This document shows, one piece after another, positions 13,081 to 24,199 of a DNA stretch of 46,470 nucleotides. The position numbers and the translations under genes are program-made. Position 1 is the stretch's first letter. Each line of letters begins with the position of its first letter. This DNA is from Atractiella rhizophila. Lineage: Eukaryota. The notes under the pieces are model-generated. The model was not told the origin of the DNA, ran no database searches, and saw nothing but the letters and a program-made list of their open reading frames with translations. Location of the stretch: positions 62,001 to 108,470 of the forward strand of contig MU271281.1 in the NCBI GenBank assembly GCA_021432655.1, given 5' to 3'.

Positions 13081-14363
13081 GGAAGTCGATCGCACTGGAT
13101 CTCACCACGTCGTTCTCGCAGCTCCGCGAGCTCATCACGTCCGCCTCCGCCTCCGCCCGTACGTGTCTACCTCATCCTTACCTCATTCTTTTCTACCTCC
13201 ACGTCCACTTATCTCCTCTTACTTGCGCTCACATGATCCATATTCCCAGCCTACTACCTCCTCCTCCTCTTCGTACCGTTCGCCTTCCTCCTTCTCCCAG
13301 CCAAGGCACACAAAACTACTTCCTTCCACCCAAAGCACGTGCAGCTTCATCCCGAAGGAGAAGCACAAGTAAAGGAAGGAGAGGAGACAGAGACAGAGAC
13401 AGAAGCGAAGAGCAAGAAGAAGAAGAAGAAAAAGAAGGCGACCGTCAAATCTGCAGCGTCCCCATCCCCATCCGAGGATACAATAAAAGAGAAAGAGAAG
13501 GAGATGGATACTTCACAGGTCGGAGCAGGACTGGGAGGCGAGTACGGCTTCGGTAACTTTCTCCTCTGTTGGGGTAAAGAGCGGTACGTCTCTCCCTCTT
13601 CGCACAACATGTCATCGGGACCAAAGAAGAGGATAGCCTCCAACTCCCCCTCCCACCGCCCTCCACCCCCCTGTCCAACTTCCGCACCCTCATCGCCCAC
13701 CGCACCGGCGTCCTCCCGCACCACCAAAAGCTAATCTTCTCCGGCGCCGTGCTCAAAGACGACTCCGCCCCTCTCTCCGCCTACCACCTCTTCGACGACG
13801 CCTCCGCGGACTCGAACTCTGCTTCTAGTTGGGGATTCTCCGGGTGGGGATGGGGTGGCGCGCAGAAGAAGAAGGAGAAGAGGATCACGCTGATCGGCGC
13901 GCCCGGGGAGAGGGTCACCGATCGTCCGGACTTGAGAGCTCATGCTCAAGAGGAGGGGTCCACCGCTGCAACTGGCTCAGCAGCAGGAGGAGGATCAGGT
14001 TCAGCAGCAGGAGGTGGTGGAGGAGGAGGGGATGGAGGAGGAGAGGAAGAGATGCTTCGACGGATCTCGAAAGTCTTATCCGACTCAGTCGAACCCTTAT
14101 CCCTCAAACTGGACGAATTGGAGCGCGAAGTGAACGGCGTCCTAGAGTCCACTTCTCCCACTCCTCCGAACCAGAGGGCGATGTTTTTGGGTGAGACGTT
14201 GTTGCAGGGATTGATCAAATTGGACTCGATTGAGATTTCGACCGAGTTTAAGGAGGCGAGGAAGGAGAGGAAGGCCGGTGTTAAGAGGGTGCAGGATATG
14301 TTGGATCGGGTGGATACTTTGAAGGACGCTTTGAAGGCGAAGTCGAGGGGAGGGAATCTTTAG
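13081..14363 (+). CDS. BAG-domain Hsp70 co-chaperone with ubiquitin-like domain and probable N-terminal TM segment; start not resolved
   Basis: YYLLLLFVPFAFLLLP follows an acceptor at ~13249. UBL-like segment: FLLCWGKER|...LSNFRTLIAHRTGVLPHHQKLIFSGAVLKDD..LSAYHL. BAG-like segment: LGETLLQGLIKLDSIE..EARKERKAGVKRVQDMLDRVD. Confidence 0.8.
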
Positions 14364-14830
14364 CCTTCTCTTTCTCTTCCTCAGAGGAGAGTTTGGCTTT
14401 GGCTTTTGGCTTTTGCTTTGAGTCGTGGATAGATTAATACAGTATCTCGAATCGGTATAATACCATGCACCTTGTCCATTCACTCTCTCTTCTCTCTCCA
14501 TCGACTCTCCCCTACTTCCCTCCTTAGTCTTAGCCTTAGTATTGGAGGTTGAAGGTTGCGAAATGCGAACCCCTTGATCGAAATCGAAATTGAGGAAACA
14601 CAGATTAGATCGACCAACCCATTGGACCCACCAACGTCCTCCTTTTCCTCATATAGCTCCCCTTACCCATTTCCCAGTACCTCCAACCCTGTCCCCAAGG
14701 CCTCGAGTCGAATCAACCAACCCAAGCCGCACGTCCCCAAATCCTCAATTCCGGCTTCCCCTAACCTCAACCCCCCGTCAAGTCATTCACCAGAGTCAAC
14801 ACAATACCGAGCTCCAAGAGCAAGGGCAGG

Positions 14831-16816
14831 ATGGAAGCACAGCGGATGCCGAGCGCGCAGGTGGACGAAGGGAGAGTGGAACAGGTCCAGGAGCTGTTGA
14901 GGAGCTGTGGATACTTTTATAAGGACGCGGAGGGGATCAGTCCCCATTTGATGTGCTTTTGCGAGTACGTCCTTTCCTTTCCTTTTTCCTTTTGCTCTTT
15001 TATTCGTCTTTTGGTTTTGTACTCGGGATGGTGATGGTGATGCAGGTGGAGTATGCTTGGGAGCATTTATCTTGTGTTGACATGTGAGAGCTTCCTGCCC
15101 GGTTGAACTTGAGAAGGTGTTGAATGAGAATTGGAATTCTTGGAACTCTCTCGAAAGGACGTGTGTTCTTCTTCTACACAATCAATCGAGCTTCTCCTTC
15201 GATCCTTTTCCTTGTCCCTCAGCGCGGTGGATGCGCAATACCTGGTTCTTGTGAGACTTCTGCGGAGTGGTAGGGCTTTGACTCGCGCTCCTTTGGGCTG
15301 CACAAGAGTGTTATGCGCGAAGTGGAATGTGTAGAATCGAGCCGAAAGGGAGAGATGCGCAGGTGCATTTGTTCGAAGCATCTGTCATATCCTACAGCAA
15401 TTGCCCAAAAAAGTGCCTGCGGCCAGGATGTACAACAGTATTTGTGGATTGAGTAGGACGTTTACTTGGCTTCTAAACTTCTGTCTTAATACATTGTCAA
15501 ATGGGCATACTAAATATTATTTCGCAGGGAACCATTCCAAGATCCCGTCTCCACTCCATGCGACCACTACTTCTGCCGCGCCTGCATCGAACCCTGGATC
15601 AACTCTACTTCTCCGTCTTCCACCTGCCCAACCTGCCGCCGTCCCCTGCTATCCTCCCACCTCGTCTCCGCACCAAAACTCATCTCCTCCCTCCTCGACG
15701 ACCTCATCTGCATCTGTCCCCTCGGCTGCGGCCTCGAACTGCGCCGGGCTGACATAGTGAAGCATTTGGAGAGGGAGTGTGAGGAGGCGGAACGGAGCTT
15801 TGATGGTCATGGGCATGATGGTTCGAATGGGGTGGAGCATGTTGGGAGGATCGAGACGCTGGAAAGAGAGTTGAGGAGGACGCGTGCAGCGGTTAGGAGA
15901 CAAGGTGCTGAGCTCGCCAAATGGAAGAACAATGGAATGGAAACATTTGAAGCTTTGGTCCAGAGATTGACCAATCAGCCGACGAGTGTAAGCGCGAACG
16001 GAACCATGAGCACCACGGGGATTGCCACCACGTCGCGACCGAGAGATATACGATTGGGTCATTCGAGATCAGAATCTAGTGCTGGGGGAGGTAGGAGAGG
16101 GGACATGGCACATAATGCGAACTGCGACAAGTGTCGCAGGGATGGGATAGTGGGGACGAGATACAAATGGTGCGATCATTCCTAACGATTCTCAGAACGA
16201 CAATTGACGAAGCCTCACTAGCATGCAATGCCCTGGTTCGTCCATTTAGCTGAAATTGTTTCTTCCATCAATTTACTCAAATTTGAGTGAAGACTACGAT
16301 CTTTGTGGAACCTGCTACCCCACTGCCTCAACTTTCCATCCCCGCCATTCTTTTTTCCCTCTGACGGACATAGATAATCCTCGCGTCGCGCATCCACAGG
16401 AGTTCCTAACAGTTCGTCTCTGCTTCGCTTGATTCAGCAGAGCTAACATGTGTTGCCCCCAGCTCCACCCAACCAAACATCACCTGTGATGGTTGTCAAC
16501 AGACAATGAAGGGCACTAGTATTCTTTTCGTCATTTTTTCACACAGCTCACGTTTCTTTATTGCTTAGGTATACGATACAAATGCCAGCACCGTAATTGC
16601 CCCGATTTCGACCTTTGCATGAATTGCATATCCCTTCCTACTCCCAAACACCCAAGGGACCATTGTTTTCTTCGGTCAGTCCTCACTCCATTTTCCTTCC
16701 TCCGACAGATTGCATTTGAACTAATACGGACGAGCAGGATTGCTGTCCCCAACTCTCAGGCCACTCACCACCGCCTGTCTGAGCCAGTCGTCTTTCGAAA
16801 TCTCCCCATACCATAA
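14831..16816 (+). CDS. C3HC4 RING + TRAF-type Zn finger + coiled coil + two ZZ zinc fingers (putative E3 ligase)
   Basis: The exon from ~15528 reads EPFQDPVSTPCDHYFCRACIEPWI..CPTCR..LICICPLGCGLELRRADIVKHLERECE. ZZ motifs: HNANCDKC..IVGTRYKC..DYDLCGTCY and NITCDGC..RYKCQHRNCPDFDLCMNC..HPRDHCF. The 5' splicing is uncertain. Confidence 0.8.
15075..15493. mobile_element. Possible solo-LTR-like insertion inside an intron of the RING gene
   Basis: 419-bp block bounded by TGTTGACA...TAATACA makes this intron about 8x normal length. Only TTG is duplicated on the flanks. Confidence 0.35.
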
Positions 16817-17576
16817 ACATGCCATATGATATCTCGTTAACATTACGTGTCAAGAAATAAATTCTATTTGTTTATACATTGGCTGTAGGAAATCATGATA
16901 CAATATCCCTTGTACCCTTTGCCCATTGACCGGAGCAGAACCGGAAGAACGAGACGTCCACGACAACATGTAATAGCGCGTTAATGAACCGAGATTGACG
17001 ATGTTCACGAACCTGAGTGAGCCAGTGGACGAAGTCCCTGGTTTGAGACGGTTTCGGGCGGCGGGAAATAACTTTCCCACGACGGTACACAAGGCGGGAA
17101 GGACGTTCCATGCACTAGCAAGAGACGGGAAGGCAGATGCCGTTTCATAAGTACCATCACTTCCCCCTCCGCCCGTTCGCCACCAGATAACTACAACCAT
17201 ATCCCAATCGATCCCATCAGATTTCAAGAGCCAAATCCAGATAAAAGAAAGAGCACAGGATGCCTGTTCGGATAGACTCTCATCATGATCCGGCAAGTTC
17301 CGGTATGTTAACTTCTCCAGCTCTCCACCAAGCTGACTGATGTTGGACGCTGACGAGTAGGAAGTCTGAGTTCAAAGATGGGGACGACTAGAAGGAGAAC
17401 GGAAAACGATGATTCGGATTCCGATGCGACGATCGGTAAACTCTCAGTGTTGTTTGGAGGATGCACAGTGACATGTTCCAACGGCAGTTCCTAGAAGAGA
17501 ATATAGTCGAAAGCCAACAGCATCAAATGCTTCAAAGAGTACGAGACACGACCTAGGGAGAAGTAAGCTATTTTCC

Positions 17577-18245
17577 TTGAAAGCCGGAAAACACTTACTT
17601 TCTTTCCTTGGTCCAGCACCAGTCACTCGATCTCCGTTTAAGGACATCACAGTCTTGAGCCCGCCCAGCCACGGTAGAGCAAGCGAGGTTCCTTGTTCTG
17701 ACCCAAGGCGATACAACGGTCCCAGAGCGCCGGCGTCAACCTCATCAGGTATCCAAAGCCAGACTTCATCCGGTCTCAGCTCTGCCAGACAGTCTTGTTG
17801 CCCCCCATCAAACTCCCTCCTCACCACTTCGAGTCCTTTGTCCGATTTCATTGCATCTCTGGTGCATCAGCTCGAGCTAACATTATCCGCTCACTCTTTT
17901 TGCCTCCGCATTCTATCCGGCGAGGAGGAGGAAGAAGACGAGTTGACAGACGCCGAAATCGCTTATCTCTTGCTCATGAAGTCGAAGTTGGAAGAGGAGA
18001 AATGGATGCTCCAGAGGGAGTTAAGTAGGGCGATAGAGCAACAGAGAGAAGAGGAAAAGGCGGCGAACCAGGTGTGGCCAGAAGGCGACAGCCTGAGCAT
18101 CGAGAAGAACTTAGAGGAAAGAAAGTTGAGCTCGGTGGCTGTAGAGGAGGAACTGAGAAGAGGGTTGCCAGGAAGAGCACATCCACTGATGCGTTGCAAA
18201 GGCCAGAGGGGAAAGCCTAGACGCCCACCAGCAACACAGAATTAG
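17577..18245 (+). CDS. Hypothetical protein (S/P-rich then E-rich coiled coil); probably the last exon of a degenerate gene
   Basis: 222-codon open frame, with an upstream GTATGT...TAG intron at ~17303-17360. No recognisable family. Confidence 0.3.
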   Translation: MKAGKHLLSFLGPAPVTRSPFKDITVLSPPSHGRASEVPCSDPRRYNGPRAPASTSSGIQSQTSSGLSSARQSCCPPSNSLLTTSSPLSDFIASLVHQLELTLSAHSFCLRILSGEEEEEDELTDAEIAYLLLMKSKLEEEKWMLQRELSRAIEQQREEEKAANQVWPEGDSLSIEKNLEERKLSSVAVEEELRRGLPGRAHPLMRCKGQRGKPRRPPATQN

Positions 18246-18915
18246 AATTTAATGACCTTGTTAATCAACCATTCAAGCTGACCTTTGAGCTTGAACCGAC
18301 GTATACTCTGAAGGTCTGGAGATCTGAAGCCTGAGCTTGAGGGAATGCTTTCAAGTTGGTCCTGTTCTGTGTGTAAGAAAGTCACGTGTGCCGGTGATAC
18401 GAATGTTGATTTGATTTAGATACTTTGCTTTGATCCCAGGTGACAGGTGAGGAGGACAAATCGGTCGCTCAACAAAGAACCACGAAAGACAGAAGCACCA
18501 GTGGTAGGTGTGTGTCACACGCTTCTGAACCAACCTGAACAACACTCCGCACATACCGAGTTCACGAACAGAGATGTTGTAAGCGCTGAATCAAGCTCGG
18601 TGTTTCTCTCAGGTGCTGTGACTGTGCAAACATTTCACCATTGCGGGTTGGATGAGAGGTGCTTCGGGGAGGTAAGCGCTGATTCATTGAGCTCGGAACC
18701 TTTATCGTTCAGCATTTGGTACCATACTACACCCCTTGCAGCCCAATGATGTTTGTAACAACAGAGAATGGCTGATTCACCTTGGAATGCCGAGCTCTGC
18801 TTCAGAGATTCGACAGGTAGCAAAAGTTTATAAAAGCAGGTTGATGGCAATGAGGAATCCAACACCACAATCCACAGCCCAGCTCATTTGAGAACTCAAT
18901 TCACACAACTTCAAC

Positions 18916-20164
18916 ATGCTCTCTCAAGCCTCTGACGCGCTCAAGGTCGCCATCTTCGGCATCACAGGGAAACAAGGCAGCTCAGTCCTCAAAGCTCTTC
19001 GCGCTTCTCCTAAAGCATACAACATCATCGGTCTCACCCGGGACGCGTCTAAGGAACCCGCTGTCGCTCTTAGTAAAGAAGGAGTGCAGATCAGATCTGT
19101 CACCTTCGAGGTCGGCAAGGAGGAGGAGGTCAAGAAAGCGCTCGATGGAGCCGAAGCAGTCTTCGTACGCGTTCCGCCTTCCCTTGATTCTCCGTCAAGC
19201 GCAGAAAACTGATTCCGACGTCCGTTGTGGCAGTTGGTCACCAACTTCTGGAATCATTTGGATGTCGAAAGAGTGAGTTCTTTTCACCGTGAAAAAAGCA
19301 ACCAATTCACATTGTTACATTGATCAGGACTTCAACGAAACCAAAGTCGTGATCGACGCCGCCTTGTCCCTTCCCACGGTCAAGGCTTTCCTTTGGTCGG
19401 GTCTCCCCTCTTACGCCAAGTTGACGGGAGGGAAGTACACAAAGGTCTATCACTTTGAAGGGAAAGCAAGGGCGACAGACTACCTGTTTCAAGAGAGCAA
19501 AAAGAGGGAGGACGTAAGAGCGGTTTCTGTCGAAGTGAGAAATCCTGTTTCCCTTACAGCCAGTACATGGACTAACGACGTTTGAGCAATAGCCTGCAGG
19601 ATATATGCAGAACTTGCTAGGCCCTCAAATGACGTTTCAAAAGGGAGAAGATGGCGTATACATTCTGTCCACTGGCTGGAAAGCCGACACGAAATTGGCA
19701 TCCATCGATATCGAGGCAGACTATGGACTTTTCGTTCAATCCGCTCTGGAACATCCCGGGGAATTCCCCGACGGATCCATCATCCAAGCAGTGGGAGAGG
19801 ACCTTACGATGGACCAGATCGTAGAGCAGTTTACGGCTGGTTCGTTAACTTGCTCTACTCTAGGAAGTAAAGTATATGCTGACTGATCCCTACAGCGACC
19901 GGAGAGAAAGCAAAATACATCTATGCACGTTTTGAAGAAAGTTCGGCTTATCATGCCTCCTGTCATCCAGGATGACTTTAAGGACTTTTATTCAGCTGTC
20001 AATGAGGCGTCTTGTAAGCCGTACCCTTTGAGGTAACAATAATGCTAACATCGGGAATAGATTATGGGAAACACGACTTTGGCAAAAGTCTTAATTTCCT
20101 CTCAAGGAAACCCAATACTTGGAAAGGATTCTTCGAGCAGAACAAAGGGGCTTGGTTGAAATAG
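18916..20164 (+). pseudogene. NmrA/HSCARG-like NAD(P)-binding protein, copy 1, with C-terminal frameshift
   Basis: VAIFGITGKQGSSV, VTNFW, KVYHFEGKA and IDIEADYG. Same exon structure as copy 2, but 5 nt are missing at ~19951, giving TGA at 19973-19975. Confidence 0.75.
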
Positions 20165-20289
20165 ATGGACCAATGTAACAAACGTGTGCTTTCAAAATAG
20201 TCGATAGTGAAAACACTTTCACATACGTGCGGCGACATTTGGGAACATCAAAGTAAAATGTGTGACACTTTCTTTCAAACCAAACAGCC

Positions 20290-22180
20290 ACATAAAACAG
20301 ACTGCTGACTATTGAACCCTCGTGACCGGAGAGCTAGGGAATGTCGGGAGGCACAGGAGGGATGGAGAAGGTCGGAGAGCGCTGTGGGGTGTCTGGGATT
20401 GAGAGACCAAAGGGGAAAGGAAAGACGGCGGAGAAGTGATGAAGCGGAAGGGACTCGAACGCTGGAGAGGACGAGGAAGCAGAAAGGGAAGAGGAAATGC
20501 TTGAAGTCAGTCCACGGTTCAAGTTCGGATGGATTTAATGCACTTGGCGGCGAAGCCTTCCAATGTTGGAAGCGGCGTTTGCCTTGACAGCTTTTGACTA
20601 CTTCGCTGCCTTCAGCTCCCTGCTTACGGCAGAAAGCAAAGTGACTTCCTGGCTTCGCCGCTTTCGTATCTGATGCAACCCCCTAGGAGGTGTGTAGCAG
20701 CATGGCCTCAGAATCAGCGTCAGCGTCGTTGGAGACTAGGAGTGTGCAGTAGAAGTTGCGTTGTGTTATTGCTGTGTTATGCCATGCACTGTGCTGGCAT
20801 CAACAGCCATGCTCTTTCATCCTAGAGTGTTGAGCTAGTGTTTACAGGGAATGAAATCCTAGGCACCTGCCCGTAATAAGTAGATACTCTCCTTAAGTGG
20901 CTGGCATTCGCATCCTTAGACAAAAAGTTCGCAGTTTAAGGAGCAATAGCGACATGGCTACCAACAGCGGGCTCTTCGAGGCTTAACGTGCTGTATCTGC
21001 CATCGCTCTTTTCGTTTTCTTCATTTGCAGCGCAGTCTATCCGTACACCTCTCTGTTGGTTCCGAGCGCTTACGACCAACTGTAGTAGTAGTAGTAGGAG
21101 GCTTGACATTGGAAAAGTCATAATTCAGAGACTGAGAGTCAAAAACTACCAGTCGTGTGGTGTTGTTTTGGTCCTCTTTGTTCCCCGTTCTTAGTATCTC
21201 GATCTTCTATATTTTCCGTTTACACTTGTACTACACGTTCTCTCGCTCGCTTTCCCAATATGGCTCCGCTCGTCAGTCTCATAAAGAGCGTCTTCTCTCT
21301 TTGACGTGCATTCGTCTTATTCTTCAACATCTTACTTCGCTCTCACTGTAGAAAGCGCTTGTAAGAGCTGAGATAAGATCCTTAAGCCTTAGAAGCGCCG
21401 CGTAAGATGTTTTCTCTCCTTTATTTTCATTCCAATGCCACCGGCGCCTTTCTCACTCTAGTCATAACATAAACTACTGCCTTGACTTCCACATATGCAT
21501 CAGCATGCTCCTTAAACTCTTGAGGCATCTCATACAATAATCCAGAAATGATACCACCAGCCCACCACGGAGACAAACCTAATGGGTCAATCGAACGAGA
21601 ACCTGCCCATCGAATTGAATCAAACTGTCCCGTTCGAAACCCCCACTCCTTTTGGTTTCGATGTGGAACCATATTTCTCTCCCCGAAGAATTGACATTGG
21701 GCAGCCCATTCTTCGTCCAGTAGGTTGTGTAACGCGTCCACCTCTCGTGTCGTGTAGAATTCGGGAAAGACCGCGGCCAAGATAACCTGACGCACTCGCC
21801 GCGATCCTAGAATGGGAACCCCATCGCGTCGCTGCCAGGTAACACCTGATAAATAATGAGTACCAACCCCAATGAAGTGGCACACACGCTGGCGTACCAT
21901 TCATACTCTTTGTCATTGGTGATGACCGGCTTTTCACCAGCTCGTTACACACCTACGGCTGAATTAGTCCATGCATACAGGATTGAGAGCTTACATTTGA
22001 ACCCAAATTTCGCGATTGAGCGGTTCTTGTTTGGGCTGAAAATTGCTCTGTGGAACAAGTCGAGCCACGGTTCAAGTTGATCATACTTATAAATTTTCCA
22101 TATCTTCTTGAACATTATATACATGGATCGACTATGAAAACCCAAATACATGATCGCAAATGTGACTTGATGCATCAAGT
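20290..22180 (-). pseudogene. Decayed intron-containing gene(s) or element of unknown family
   Basis: Protein-like segments (157-aa ORF 21427-21900; YAALLRLKDLISALTSAFYS; YDFSNVKPPTTTTTVGRKRSEPTE) with GT-AG introns, broken by TAA/TAG stops and frame changes. Confidence 0.35.
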
Positions 22181-22426
22181 AAAATGCGACAGTGAGTCAT
22201 GACAATTGATTTTCCAACTGCAACTCTCACAGCTGCGCTTGTTATTTATCACAAGGCAATGTTCAGTTAGTGTTCAAATAATACTGTCCATGATAAAGTG
22301 ATAAAGTAATGAAGAAATTCCCACACAGTTAACATTCAGGCAATCAGGCTTCTTACTGCTTACTATGAAATTATGAATTCGTTTCATTTCTACATCATCC
22401 AGAACATGTCACATCGTGCGACAGCA

Positions 22427-22979
22427 TTAAATCAACAGCTCTGTACCAGTTGTTATCGAGAAAGCTGATTTACTCATCCCCATCTCCCCAAACCAGGGAA
22501 TGCCCGAATGTTTCCTTGAATTATCCTCCGTGCTAGATACCAGTATGAATAGGAGCCAAAAGCAGTCGAGCGGCTTCGAGACTACTCACGATGTAAATTA
22601 CTTCGTGGCCCTTCAGGACCATAAACCGGTTCTACTCCCTCCCTAAAGCCGTACTGGTTCCCCCTGGACTCATTGGTTGTGAACTGTGCTCGATACTTAG
22701 CTCTAACTTGATCCCGTAGCCGTTGGTCGTAACGACTACCCCTTGGCCTAGGAAATGTAGACGACGTCCAAGGATATAGTTCGGCGTCGTCCTTTTCATA
22801 ATGAGGGTGTAAGTTTGGATCATGGATCTCGCCGTTGGGCATGGTGATCGTCGATTTACGGGCGACCCTGCAGGATGAGTTATCATCAACAAGCTCATGT
22901 TCTGGCAATGGGCGACAAACCATCTCTTAGATTTAGTGATTCTACTCGAGTAAAGTGGATGCAGGTTGACCCAAGGCAT
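22427..22979 (-). CDS. Small hypothetical spliced gene
   Basis: ORF 22582-22923 continues through 57-nt GTGAGT..TAG and 53-nt GTTTGG..CAG introns to ...NLHPRRIIQGNIRAFPELLI*. Confidence 0.35.
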
Positions 22980-23174
22980 TTTAATGTTGTATCATTCGGT
23001 CTTCAAGAATTTATGTTGCGCCTAAAACTCTTTTTCTTTCGCAGAGGAAGTGTCTTTGGAGGAGACAGTACTAACTCGGAGCAGCTTTTATGCTCAGCGA
23101 GAGGGGGGCACCTTGTACACAGCAAATAATGTCAGTCAAGACTATGCCAGTGCAACGGAGCTAATCGAACCCAA

Positions 23175-23365
23175 AATCCCTTTGTGCAACAAGGAGCTTG
23201 TAACTTGTCGCCTTTTTCCGGGGAATGAATCGAGATGTTCGGCTTTGTAAACTTCCTAGATTCCTTTGTGTAACAAGGACCTTGTGACTTGTTGTGTTTG
23301 ACTATGAACTCATGCAAGATGGTTCATTATTTGGTAACACCCGAGTCCTTTGTGTTTAAGATACT
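23175..23365. repeat. Degenerate 84-bp-period repeat, three units
   Basis: The core tttgtg (within cctttgtg) recurs at 23181, 23265 and 23349. The first two units share ~33 bp. Confidence 0.7.
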
Positions 23366-24199
23366 TGCACCTCATTAACTTTGACTGTGCTCGATATATC
23401 ATTTGCTCCAAAGTTTCTATAGCTCTGGTAACCTTCAAAGAGCTAATCTCAGCACCTCGATTGCCAATGGCAAATGAGCTCTCAATTGAGCACACTCTTT
23501 GACTTGCTACATAAGGGACGCAAGCTTGCAATAGTGCTGCTTAGTTAGTTGAATTCCCTACGTCCCTTTATGTTCAGTCATCTTTACCTTGTTGTAACTT
23601 TGCTTCGTAGGATACAGTAGTTAGCTGATCTGCCCTCTATATTCTCATGATATAGTTCTGCTCGGTTCTGCTTACGCTCAAACCACCTATCCAGCCTTGA
23701 CAACCTTTTAGATAGTCAGGTACATGCACATTCGGATGCTATTTCGTAAGCAAGCGAGAAATACAGACAAGAACATCATAAAGAGGACATTACAGTGGGA
23801 ACAACTGGAGTCAGCAGTGAGACGACTTTGAGCACTTCCATTGGGTTATCAAAAGCACTTGAAACAAAATTTGAGGCCGGAACGTCACGTCTGCGTCATA
23901 CTTCACAAATATCTCAATTCAGATTTGAGAATGGCAACGATTGGCATGAAAACTCGAAGAGCTCATCATGATGTTGTCCTCGGAGTATCACTGACCTTGA
24001 TCTCTTCCTACAAGAGAAATTCATCGAAACTGAATAGAGGACAAGGAGCTAACACATTTCAAGAACAAAGATTGCAAGCCCATCACTTTCATGCTTGCCG
24101 ATTTTGATCGCTTCCTACAGGGAGTGTATGATATAAAGCTGTCGTGATGAGGAGGTTGAGGAGTCTAAGTCACTTTCATAACACAAAGAATAGTCAAGT

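Noticed and set aside
20290..21420. Possible second reversed-not-complemented block (CTAG/TTAA excess; the complement has a ~150-codon open frame and an intron-like stretch)
   Set aside because: The normal minus strand already gives protein-like spliced sequence, there is no adjacent gap, and no repaired junction was found. C-to-T decay explains the skew. Not fully excluded without reads.
21427..22923. Endogenous RNA-virus fragment
   Set aside because: The segments carry spliceosomal introns and show no RdRp or capsid motif.
23175..23365. CRISPR-like repeat-spacer array
   Set aside because: Eukaryotic context, only three degenerate units with codon-periodic changes, and no cas genes.
23290..23840. 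Possible third reversed block (the complement contains GTACGT...TAG)
   Set aside because: Weak compositional signal, and the 84-bp repeat reads best in the normal minus frame.
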